Positions 9,491 to 21,700 of a DNA stretch of 64,000 nucleotides are shown here, piece after piece. Source of the stretch: Schmidtea nova (taxonomy: Eukaryota); NCBI GenBank assembly GCA_044892505.1, contig CM097882.1, positions 163,184,001 to 163,248,000 of the forward strand, written 5' to 3'. The first letter of the stretch is position 1. The number at the start of each line of letters is the position of its first letter. A model generated the notes under the pieces. It was not told the DNA's origin, searched no databases, and saw only the letters and a list, made by a program, of their open reading frames with translations. Made by a program: the position numbers and the translations under genes.

Positions 9491-12390
9491 TACCTGATTT
9501 AACTACAAATATCTAGCTTAAAAATGAAATAATTTCACTGACAAAATCTCAATAATTTATCTCAAATCAATCCTTTCACACAATTTTATTTAAATTCACA
9601 GGAATTTTCGCACTTTTATTCTATTCGCAAGCATGCATTCGAAGATATTATCGCAACTCAATTAGGTGATAAATTATTCCTTCAGAAAATGCATATATTT
9701 GGGAATATATAAATTACCCTTATTTAGACCCAAATTTTTATCATCCTCGTGATTTTCTTAAATTATTATGTCTATTATATTTAAAAGTCAAGTAAACTCT
9801 ATTTATATCTTAATCCTATTGTCTATCTTGCAGTTTTTAAAATATATATTTCTGAATAAAAAAAAATTTATTATAATTTTTGAAAATTTTGCCGCGTCCC
9901 TAGCAGCAGACAACAGTTATGACTTTGCAAATTTTCACAATTTGTAGCTATCAAATTTTTTGGAAGAAAAAAAAATCTTTCTATTTATTTAATTCTAAGT
10001 TTAATATTTTCCAACCAGTTTAAATTAATCTGGAACAATGACATAAAATTTAGAAATTATTAATTCTTTTAACGTTGTTTAAACTACTGAAAATTCATCT
10101 CAAACTTTCTGGTCTTTTTAAATATAATTACAATCATTATTGATATTTTTCGCCTGGCTTTATTTATTTAATTGTCCATCTTTTCCTTTGGATGTGGGCA
10201 ATCCATAACATGAGTAAGTAATTTCCACTATTTGTTTAACTTACCCTTTCATCCTACTCATTTAGAGAATTCTCTTGTATTGGAATTTCCATTGTGGGGA
10301 ACCGATCTGGTTTCCTCCCTACCCAATGTTGGCGTTTCAATTTCTCCAGCTTTCCCCGGACTTCGCAATCGAGAAAAATTAAAAAGAAAATGTTTTTCTC
10401 AAAATTTGCGAGCCCTTCATCAGCGTACAGTGGTGAATCCCGTTTCCTGATCACTTTCTTCTCATTGTAATTTAATAAATAATTTTCTTTTATCCGAGTT
10501 TCATTTGTCGTATGCTTGTAAAGTTTACCAAACAATCAAAACCAATATGTATTTATTTTTACCGTAGTCTGGGGAATTTGAAGACATTTTCCAGGTGTAT
10601 TGTTGGAGTAGAGGTAGTTTATCGGTAAATGCCATTATGGATGCTGACCTAGTTTGGAAGTGGCTTGATGATAATCCGAAATGGATGGATTACTACCTTT
10701 ACTTCTGGGAATGTAAGATGCTGACTAGGATGTATGTTTGGTGGATGAAGCGAACTAAATATGTGTAAAAATTTAATTCTCATGTGTAGTGCGTTGGGTA
10801 TGGATGTGTATAGATGGATATGGATGTAGATTACTAGCTAGGTTGATTTGATGAATTTATGGGGCAAGATTGTGAGATATAAGGGGGTCGGATCGATGAA
10901 TGTTGAGCTGAGTGACTATTTATGGTAAGGGGTGTTAAATTTTGCCTCGGTTTGTTAAGATAAAGTGTAGTGCCGATAAGTTTGCGTGTGTGTATACTAT
11001 TGTAGATTTTTTGTGAATTTTTAATGTGGTGATTGTATGTGATTGTATGTTAAATGGATTGTTGGGTGAAATAAGTGATTTAGTGATGGGTGAGACTAAG
11101 TGAGTGCTTGTGAGTGTGATTGGACGCGCAATGCCAACTAATATGTCTGGGTGTAATTTTCGGTATGGTTTGCTTGAGTGTATATGATTGTTGAATGTTA
11201 TTGAATGACACTGTGTATGTGTGTATATGGTATTTTATATGTATGTTGCTTGTGTATTAGTATGGATGATGCTATTGAATGAAAAGGGTGTAATTTTTTG
11301 CAATTAGGGATGTATTATGATTTTTAGATATCGTGGGGGTAATTATAATATACTATATATAAATTATATAAAATATTTTTAAAATTAAAATAATAATAAT
11401 AATTTTTAAATTAAAATAATAATACTAATTTTTATAATACTTTTTACGGATTTCTAATTTAAAATTTTATGAAAATTAAATAATGATAATATCTATAATT
11501 TTTATAATATAGGTTTTTGAGTTTAACTTTTTATATTTTAGAATATATATATTAATCATAAAATTTTCCTAAAAAATTTCGAATTCAGATTTTTATAAGG
11601 TGATAAAAATTATTAATATAATAATAAAATTTCGATCTATAATTTTTATGGGGTTTAATATACCTTTCGACTTGCCAATTCTCTGGAATTTTGTGAAATG
11701 ATAAAATCTTTTATATAATAACAATATTAGGAACATTTTTGGTTTACAATATTTTCATTTTAAAATTTTTGCAGCATAATAAAAAGCAAATTTTTATTCT
11801 TGATCAAAATGAAATAATAATAAATTTTTATCCATAAATTTCGAAATCCAAATAAGCATTCAACCTAAAAAGTTTTATACACTGAATAAAAAATAAAAAT
11901 CATAAATTATAAATTCTTCAAAGAATATTTTTCGATATCGAGCAAAATGAATTTCGGTTTCGTTGAGCATGAATTTCCCAACTAAAGTGCGCGCGAATTT
12001 TTCGGGACGCTTCACTTAGGAACTTCAGGCTCTCGAAAACAAGGTTCACAGGAGAAATTTATTTAGACAATAATGAGTTTAATTCAGATCAAATCAATAC
12101 TTGTTTCACAATTCGTTTCATTTCATGAGCATTATTCTAGCTTTGAGCATTATTTCGAACAATTTTCCTTTCATCATTAGCTTCCATTTTTCTTGCGTTT
12201 TCTCATAAGATGACCATTGTTGAGAGAGTGAAGGTGAAGGCGAGTACGAGTCGATTTTTAATCAGTAATATTTCCTATTTTAGATTTCAAGACATGAGCT
12301 GGAAAATGCTATGTTGTATTACGAACTTGCTTATGTAAGATAATAAAAATATGCTACTCTATTATAATAAAAATCATTAGTATAACAAAT

Positions 12391-12566
12391 CCTTGCTCTT
12401 GGCCATACCACGATTCCCCAGTTGGGATGACGTGATTATGGATGTATGAGCCTCACCTTAAAGTGGAAATATGGGCTGGCCGATTACCAATCAGACAACG
12501 ATCCACCCAGGCTACTAACAGATCCGCACAACGCAATGCTGGACGGATCGTCAGAAGATATGGGAG
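12391..12566 (-). other. Module A copy, diverged
   Basis: Homologous to 7442-7612; the hairpin reads CTGATT/AATCGG on the minus strand. Confidence 0.5.
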
Positions 12567-12954
12567 AAAAAAAATTTTTATTTATTTTCCATGATTTTAT
12601 TCAATTAGCTGTTTACAATAAAAAAATTTAGGTTGGGAATTTAAAGTGACAACAAAAAAAATTCAACAAAAATTAAATATTTTAATATCGACATAATAAT
12701 AATATATAATTTAATAAAATAATAAATAATCAATTAACAAAGAGTGAGTAATTGGATGATCGTCAGGCATGATGGACGACCATTCCAATCCCCAATAAGA
12801 ATAACAAAAATCAAACAAATCCTTACGTTTGTCCAATTAACCTCTGCTGCGATTTCTTTCCAACAAAATATTATTTTCTCAGAAATCTTCAAGATCCTCA
12901 AATTAACTTTCGAAATTAAATTAAATTCTGCTTGGAACAATTTTTCCACAATTT

Positions 12955-13057
12955 TTCTTGAAATCAACTTCTGATATTAACTTTTCTTGAAATCAAATTC
13001 TGATATTAACTTCTTGAAATCAAATTCTGATATTAACTTCTTGAAATCAAATTCTCA
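12955..13057. repeat. Minisatellite, 27-29 bp unit, about 4 copies
   Basis: TTCTTGAAATCAAATTCTGATATTAAC repeated. Confidence 0.85.
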
Positions 13058-14249
13058 AATTAAATTTCTCTGAAAATCTCACAAATTCTGAATTATGCCA
13101 TTTTGATGGCGGTATATATACCATCCATTTTTCGCTATCTTCACTAGTGCAATAAAACAAATTGTTCTAGAATTTTCTCTTAATTTTTTCTAAATTAATT
13201 CTAATGATTTTCCGAAAATTAATTCCATATTTTTGTATAATAATTTTTTATAGACCATAAATAATTTATTTTAATTCAAAATTTTTATGTTTGAATCGAA
13301 ATTTGTTCGATTTGATTTAATTTATGATATTTCGATCAATGTTAATTCTTTCTATTGTTAAATGTGAAATTCTGTGATAAAATCACAATTTTCTTCTAAA
13401 ATTTTGTTAATTTTTCTGTACTGAAGGTTTATGAAAAATTCTGTTCTTTATGGGCATTTTCAATGGGTTTTCCTCCTATTCTAACTTTCAAACATTCCGC
13501 TTCTAACTTTTCTCGAGATTTCAGTGAAAAGACTTACAAATTCGCAGCTAGCGCGTACTCTACCGGTTGATGTGTTTTGATTCCACTTCACCTTTTGGTA
13601 CTTTCCACTTAATTGTTGGATTTTTAATGGGAGCTAGGGTTAAAAATGGAATCTTGCGCGTTCTCTACCTATGGGGTTATCGCTTTATTAAAACAAATTG
13701 CGTTTTGGCCCAACATAGCGTAAAATTAAATTTACTATCTCCTCGCATTTATCTACATGGAAATGCCAAAGTTTAACAAACCCAAGTTTTCCTTTTTAGT
13801 ATTAGCTGTAACCGTTGCCGTTGTCAAGGCCGTGGCAAGAATTTAAAATCTAAAATGTTAAATTTCTAATAAAAATTCTATTATTAATTTAGAGCAAGAT
13901 AGACAATAGAATTAGGATATAAATAAAGTCTACTTACATTTTGAATAGTAAAAATACAAAAAGTCGAAAAATTACGAAAATAATAGTCATTTAGTTAAAA
14001 CATAACGGCTATAGAATATCCTCGAAAATATGTATTTTTACGGGAATATTTGATCCAAATTAAGTTACGATGATATGTTTGAGTAGGAGTTCGTGAACAA
14101 AAGGAAGGCGCGAAAATTTTTGTGTCAATAGATAATACCGTGTATAATGATTGATTGGGACAAATTAATAAATTTCATTGATGCAATCTGTTTTATTTTG
14201 CTAATTTAAATGAATTCCCGCAGTTAAATTGCTGAATAGGCGATAACAA

Positions 14250-14473
14250 TGGTCATTAAACCTTCTATCGGTAGCCATTGGACCCAGGAGATATTCAGTC
14301 AATTATATTTTCGAATTTTCCGACGCTTAATGATTGCGAATACCCATCCATTTGTTGCATTACCAACGTTACATAGTGACGTGTAACAAGATGGTTAATC
14401 TCATGTTTTTATGTTGAGTTGTTGATTTGAGTCATAACAACTTCACAGTCATTCTGACGGTCAACAACCCACC
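14250..14473. other. Module C copy, inverted relative to 9254
   Basis: Reverse-complement homolog of 9254-9490. Confidence 0.55.
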
Positions 14474-15150
14474 ACTAGGAATTATAAATGTGACAGGGCC
14501 GTTAAGTTAATATGTGCATAAGTCATTTGATAGGTAGCAGGAACCCGAAAGAGAGAATATAGTGAGGAGTAGTTCTGGCAACGAAACTGACCTGAGTAAC
14601 TATGGAAACACGAGCGAGTCCGGTTATATTTATGATGAGGTGTGGGGTGTTGTAATTTCTAGAGACCAATAATAATTTTGTAACAGTCGAAATACCCAAC
14701 AACACTGATGATTGAAGATGATCAGACGAAATTCATTAAAATTTTTTTTTAAATAAATTTTTTTTTATTTATAATAAATATAGCATTGTTATTAAAGATG
14801 TCATTTAAATTTATCTGTTTTTCTTTTTTTATAAATATTAATTTACCCAAAATAATAATGACATTTTTATTGAATATGATAAAATAAAATCACATTTTTA
14901 ATTTGTTTAAAAAGATTTTGAATGTTGTGTAATTTAAAATCAGATTTATTTAATTAATAATTATAAATAAATTAGTTTATTTCTATTTTATTATATAATT
15001 TTTTTTATATATTGCATTATTTTTAATAAACATATAATAAATTTGTATATGTAAAATTTATTAATATTTAACTTTTATACACTATAACTCTTACTTTACA
15101 AATTGAGAATTATTATCGAAATATTTTTTTCTGTTATTTCTACTATTGGC

Positions 15151-15779
15151 ATGGAAAATCACATTAAAAATCAGACTCTATTAAAATCTCCAAACAAAAC
15201 ATTTTATAAGTCTTTTATGAAGCATTCAAAAGATGTTAAAATATACTTGCCAAATTCTAATTACTTTACGGTAATAATATGAAAAATCCATATACCTTAT
15301 TAATATAATCTAGGTTCAAGCCAGCAATGGTAAAACGATGAGAGATATATTGAAAAATAAGTTGATATTTTACAATCTTGATATTAAAAATTTGATGCTA
15401 ATCAATTCTGACAACGGGTTTATATTTATTGATAATCTTAATCTTAATTTTTCTTAGGGAGTTAATTAATTGGGATTCACATTCTACCTTGATTTCTAAA
15501 GCAACATCCCAATTAAAGTTAATTTACAGAAAAGACCTCAACGAATCTAAATTTCATTTCAGTCATAAATTTCAAAGAAAAATATGCTTTGATAAATCAT
15601 ATTGTGACCAATGTCATAAATCTGTGTTTACTGGTAATATAAATTTATAAAAATTCGATAAACTTTAAATATTATAAATATCTCATATCAGGAATATTGT
15701 GCAAATTGTGCTATAAATTGTTTCATTACCGATGCATTTCTAGTAAAAATAAAATATGTGATCCATTTCTGCACTTTGA
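15151..15779 (+). CDS. raf: Raf exons 1-4: Ras-binding domain and C1 cysteine-rich domain
   Basis: [12 protein letters not shown]|[17 protein letters not shown]...INWDSH; [24 protein letters not shown]|[14 protein letters not shown]. Introns of 43, 40 and 58 nt. Confidence 0.9.
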
Positions 15780-18700
15780 GTAAATTTTGATATTTACATT
15801 ATAATAAGTATTATTTGATTATCTTTTTATAATTTATTAATTTTTAGTTACCAAATAAATTTTTATGGGTAACTTAAATTTTTTTTTACAAAAAAAATCA
15901 ATAACCTTAAAATATAGAAAAGGAAGCAGATAGATATCTGTACGTTTATTGTTATTTTTAGAAGAACAACTTTGTCATAAGCTTATTATTAACAAAAAAT
16001 ATATATTACGTCATACATATGCTTATGTAATCATTTAATATTTAGATCACGTTAATATTTTATTCTTAACTGCGATTAGTTATTATAATGAACATTGTTG
16101 GAACATTAATTAATTATTCAACACAATTATTTTAAAAACAATATTTTAAACAATTTGATTTGTTTAAATATGATGTGTTAGAGAAAATAAAAACTTTTAA
16201 ATTAAAAAGCGTGCTTCTTTTATGAATCTTATAAATGGTGTCAGCAACTCCCAAGTTGACCATGTTTCGGTCAAAATTCCAGCAATTTTTCAGAACCAGA
16301 GTCTGTGGTTCAAACAAGTGGAGGCTAGTTTCAAGATATCAAGAATTACAGAAGAAACTACAAAATATTTTTATTTAATTTCAAATCTTCCAACAACAAT
16401 GCTATCAAAATACGAACATCTATTGGACTCAGAAACCGAGCTTCCGTACTCAACTCTGAAAGAAGCAATCCTAGCAGAATTTGAGCTATCAAGAAAAATA
16501 TCGATAACAGAATTGATGAGAGAAGAATGCCTTGGAGATCGATCTCCATCAGAAGCACTTCAGCACATTACGGGGCAAATACAAAGAATAGATACAGCCA
16601 TGGATCCATTCAACAGTCCTATATCTCGGGAATTGTTCATGCGACTATTACCAAGCTCTGTTCAGGACATCCTATTATCGATGCCAACGACGGACCTTCG
16701 AAAATTAGCAGTCACAGCAGACAGAATAATGTTATCAAAGCGGCAATCAGTAAAGACAGTTGAACACGAAAATTGCAATACTCAAGAGTTAGGAGATAAG
16801 ACGAGAACAATTATGGAACTACAGGAAGAAATCAATGTAATACGTCAACAATTGAGGAATAAAAGCACCAGTAAGTTATGTTTTTATCATAGTAAATTTG
16901 GGCATAGGGCGAGGAAATGTCAGCCGCCATGTGATTGGAATGCAAATCAGAACGACAACTATCGATCAGAAAAATACATCAGAGAGAAATATCAAAATCT
17001 TGAACCGTCAAACATATCCTCAATGAACAACAACAATTTCAACAACAACAACAAATTCAACAACAACAACCAATTCAACAACAACAACAAATTCAACAAC
17101 AACAACACTTTTAACAACAACAGAGAGAACCAGGGAAACGAGAGAAGGTTTCATTGAACCCGAACAGTGAAACCTACAAAATCATATCCTCTTTCTCGGG
17201 ACAAAGCAACTCACAAATATTCGAAATACCAGCAATCATAAATGGAGAACAAGTTAATTTTCTCATAGATACAGGCGCTGATCTCAGTATCCTTCCCGCA
17301 AACCGTTTCAAGCCTGATAGAAATGGAGAACATCGATCTTTAGTATCCGCCAACAATTCATCAATCACATACCACGGGCAGAAAACAATTGAATTTACTA
17401 TTGAAGGATTCAGAACTAAATTTATATGGTCTTTTGCCATAGCCGGCATATCTCGTCCAATCTTGGGTGCAGATTTCCTGGCCCGTCACAAAATCGATGT
17501 TAGTTGTAATTCCAGATCAATATGTTGCCCTAGCAGTAACGAAAGGGCAGAAGCGCGGAAAAGACTATGCGATAAGATTTGTGCTACAATCAACAATCAA
17601 ACTACATTAACCACGAAACTACAAATTATCACCAACGGTTCCCCTGTAGCCCAAAGACAAAGACCACTTTTTGGAGAAAAATTAGTTGCAACAAAGAAAG
17701 AATTTGACAGACTCTTAAATGAAGGTGTAATTCGGGCAAGCAAGAGTGACTGGGCATCTCCATTAGTAGTAATTAAGAAGCCGGATGGGTCATGGCGGCC
17801 TTGTGGAGACTACAGAATGTTAAATGAAATAACCCAGCCTGACAGATATCCACTTCCGAGGATTCAAGACTTACTGAACAAGATCAACAACCCTCATATA
17901 TTCACTAAGTTAGATCTGGAAAAGGCATATCATCAAATTCCGATTTGTGACGAAGACATTTCAAAGACAGCAGTCATAACACCGTTTGGATTGTTCGAAT
18001 ATACAAAGATGCCTTTTGGACTTAGAAACGCCTCTCAAACGTTTCAGAGACACATGGACAACGTACTCCGAGAACATCAAGAACATTCCTTATCCTATAT
18101 TGATGATGTTTTGATATTCTCCAAGACTGAAGCAGAGCATAAAGCACACGTGTCGAGTGTGATGGCCAGTCTTCAAGCAGCTGGTCTCATAGTCAACCAG
18201 AGCAAATGCGAATTCCAAACCGAAAAGGTAAATTTTTTGGGTTTCGAATTAACAAAACAGGGAATCAAACCATCGAAGGAATGCACCTTAGCAATTAGCA
18301 ATTTAAAGAAGCCAACCAATAGTCAAGATTTACGACGTTTTATTGGTGGCATCGGCTATTATCACTGGCTAATTCCAAGACTGTCAGATACACTGAGTCC
18401 ACTGCATGACTTGTTACAAAAATCGGCCGATAAAAAGGAAGATCTCTTATGGCAAGACTGCCATACACAGGCCTTCATGAATGCCAAAAATTCCGTACGC
18501 GAAATCAGCAACGTCTCATACCCTAACCCATCCAAGCCATTCCTATTATGCACTGACGCATCGTCTAAAGCAATTGGAGCAAGTCTAAGTCAAATCAACG
18601 AAGAAAATAAATCATTTCCTATTGCCTTCTTTTCCAGGAAATTAAATTTAACCGAACAGAAGTATTCTACTTTCGACAGGGAGTTATTGGCAATATTCTT

Positions 18701-21700
18701 ATCTATAAAACATTTTAAGCATTTCTTAGACGGTTCTCATTTTACAGTCATGACGGACCACAAACCTTTACTACGAGCTAGACATATGAAAGATCCATCG
18801 CCAAGACAATGGCGAATAATCGAATACCTTGATCAATTTGATTTCACCATCGAATTCATAAAAGGGGAAGACAATGTAGTTGCCGATCTCTTGTCCAGAC
18901 AATGCAGTAATCAAGACCTACAAGTATCAACTGTGGAGATTAATTTCGTTGAATTCACTAAAGAAAGTTTAAAAGAAGAACAAAGGAAAGATCAGACCTT
19001 ATCTACACTGAAAAATGCAAGTCTCCAGTTATGTAGTACTATAGATGATATCCTCATTGACAACTCTACGGGGGAGACCAGAATAGTACTGCCAAAAATA
19101 TTCCGATATCAAGAATTTCTAAGAATTCATAACATATCTCATCCAGCATCCAAACCAACGATAGAATTGATCAAAGCGAGATATGTGTGGCCACAGATGA
19201 AAAGTGACATCAGAGAGTGGTGTAGACAATGTCAAAGATGTCAAGGTGCAAAGATAACAAGACACACACATGCTCCGTTAGGTACCATAGAAACCAAAGG
19301 AAGGTTTATCACAGTTCATCTAGATATAGTGGGTCCTCTGCCGAGCGTCAACAACAAAAGATATATCATGACTATGATAGACCGAGGAACGTCATGGGTT
19401 GAAGCAATTCCTATATATGATATCACAACAGATATGATAGTAAGAACGTTTGAAAGAGAGTAGATCAGTCGTTTTGGTGTTCCAGAAATTGTTATAACAG
19501 ATCAAGGAGCACAGTTTGAATCAGAAAAATTCTCCAATTTCTGTAAGGTAATGGGAATCGAAAGGAAGCGAACAACAGCATATCACCCTCAATCCAATGG
19601 GAAGATAGAAAGATGGCACAGAGCCATGAAAAACTCGATAAGAGCAGCATCAGAAAACTCATCCAAGACGTGGGCCCATGATCTCCCCAAGATTCTACTC
19701 AGTTTAAGAAACTGCACGAAGTCTAATGCGTCTCCATCGGCAGCGCAACTCACATTTGGTTGTCGAGCCAGATTACCCGGAGATTTTGTTATTAGTGAAC
19801 CAATATTAACCAATATCGAAGACAATTTAGCATCGATTCAAGAGGAAATCGACTCACAACTAAGTAACAAAAAAACAAGCCAACCAAAACAACATAGTTT
19901 TGTAAGCAAACTATTTGTTAATTGCAAAAAAGTGTGGCTTCGAGCTGAATTTAGGAAGTCGTTAGAAGATCCGTACACTGGACCATACGACGTTATAGAA
20001 AGATCCGATGACAATAAAACGTTAAAAATCAAAATTGGAGACCAAATAAAGAATGTTAGCATCGACCGTCTTAAGCCATGGATTGGAGCTGATGAATTTG
20101 CTCCGCAATCTTAAGGGGGAGTTGTGTTGGAACATTAATTAATTATTCAACACAATTATTTTAAAAACAATATTTTAAACAATTTGATTTGTTTAAATAT
20201 GATGTGTTAGAGAAAATAAAAACTTTTAAATTAAAAAGCGTGCTTCTTTTATGAATCTTATAAACATTAATGTCTATTCGTAATAAATAGTAACGTAAAT
20301 GACAATAAATAAAAATAATTATCTTTTTGTTTCACCTTTTATCTCTTTTTATTTATATAAATAATTTCCATAATGGTATGACTATAGATCAAAATTTTTT
20401 GGGGGTTTCGTTGGGTTGTTAAGTACACGGTATTTTGGCACAGCCTTTATCTAGTTTTCGATGACTAAGCGGCAGTTCCAGTAGTTTCATTGATATGTGA
20501 GTGCGGAAGCGAGTGCAAATGTAAGTGATTAAACTTACATTTTGCTTTTGAAAATAATGTTGTGTCGCTTTTTAACCTTTAACCGGACAGAAGAGTCTTT
20601 TGGATTCTTTTTTAACCATACGTAAACCAAAATTAAAATACTAATTCAAATTTAATTTTTTGCACATTTTTTTAACGAATCATGAATTTTCTTAAAACAA
20701 ATTTAAAAGGGGGATTCCCCGATAATGCGAAAATAGTAAAGTAGCTTTTAATTTCTCATTTTATGTGAGTAATTTGTCGAGTACAGTGGTTTTGTTCTTT
20801 CTAAATCTAAGTAGTTATATTGAAAAAGCATACTTGAATTACGGCAAAGTTTTTTATCAAAATATAAAAGTAAGTAATAAATATAACGATTAAATATTAA
20901 TTTAGTACTAAAATAATAATTATAAAATAGCAAAATGGGCTCAAGACAAAATATGAATAGAGGTTTGAATGAGGAACAAATTCGTCTTGCAATTGAAGTA
21001 GCATCAGATTTATAAAATTAAGATACTATTGCAGAAGAAAATTCTGATGTGGATTCGGTATCAGATAGAGAATCCAACTATACGGAAACAGATTCCGAGG
21101 AAGATGACACGTTATATTACGAAGATGAATCGATTAATGGAGAACAAAATGAAAGTTAAATCTTTATGGGAAAGGATAGGACTTAATGGGAATCGAGACC
21201 AACACTAAATCACAGACGGCCACCTCCATTCAAAAACCCACGCAAAAAAGTGAAGCTCCCTCCTGGTTATAAAATCGACAGACCTGTTGATTGTTTTTCG
21301 TTATTTTTCAACGACGAAGTAATTGAAATAATTGTGAAACATACAAATATTGAAGCTACAAGAAAAATTGGTGGTAAATGGAAAAATACTACCCCAATAG
21401 AAATCGGTGCATTCATTGAACTCTTACTTACCGCAGGTGGTAATAAGCAAGGAAATGTGAATTATGAAGATTTTTGTGATTCTCTTTTTGGAAGTCCTAT
21501 ATTTTGCGCTACTATTGGTATACGGCGTTTCAAGTTAATTTTGAGATTTCAACGATTTGATGACAAGGATACTCGGTCAGTGCATAGATCCAATGATAAA
21601 TGGGCTCCAATTAGGGATGTTTGGGAAATCATAAATAAAACTTCCTTAAAATAATATATACCAGGCCAAAACTTAACAATTGATGAACAGTTGGTTCCTT

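Larger units (their letters stand above)
7060..14720. mobile_element. Modular, apparently non-coding repeat family, array 1
   Basis: GC-rich modules A (7442, 12391), C (9254 +, 14250-14473 -), F (~8550, 13645) and E (~13800), plus GT-rich and AT-rich tracts, all recurring at 52.8-64 kb in the same local order. Confidence 0.75.
16096..20263 (+). mobile_element. Full-length Ty3/Gypsy LTR retrotransposon in Raf intron 4, recent insertion
   Basis: Identical 139-bp LTRs (16096-16234, 20125-20263); TSD ACAT (or AACAT); PBS TGGTGTCAG (tRNA-Leu-like) at 16236; PPT AAGGGGGAG at 20113-20121. Confidence 0.97.

Noticed and set aside
12401-12412. GGCCATACCACG resembles the 5' end of 5S rRNA
   Set aside because: Present in one copy only; no downstream 5S A or C box similarity.
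6531-13057. CRISPR-like reading of the tandem repeats
   Set aside because: Eukaryotic context, no unique spacers, no cas genes.
14704-14732. CTGATGA...CGAAA near 14705
   Set aside because: CTGAT pairs with ATCAG in a competing hairpin; no valid stem II closing pair or stem I/III.
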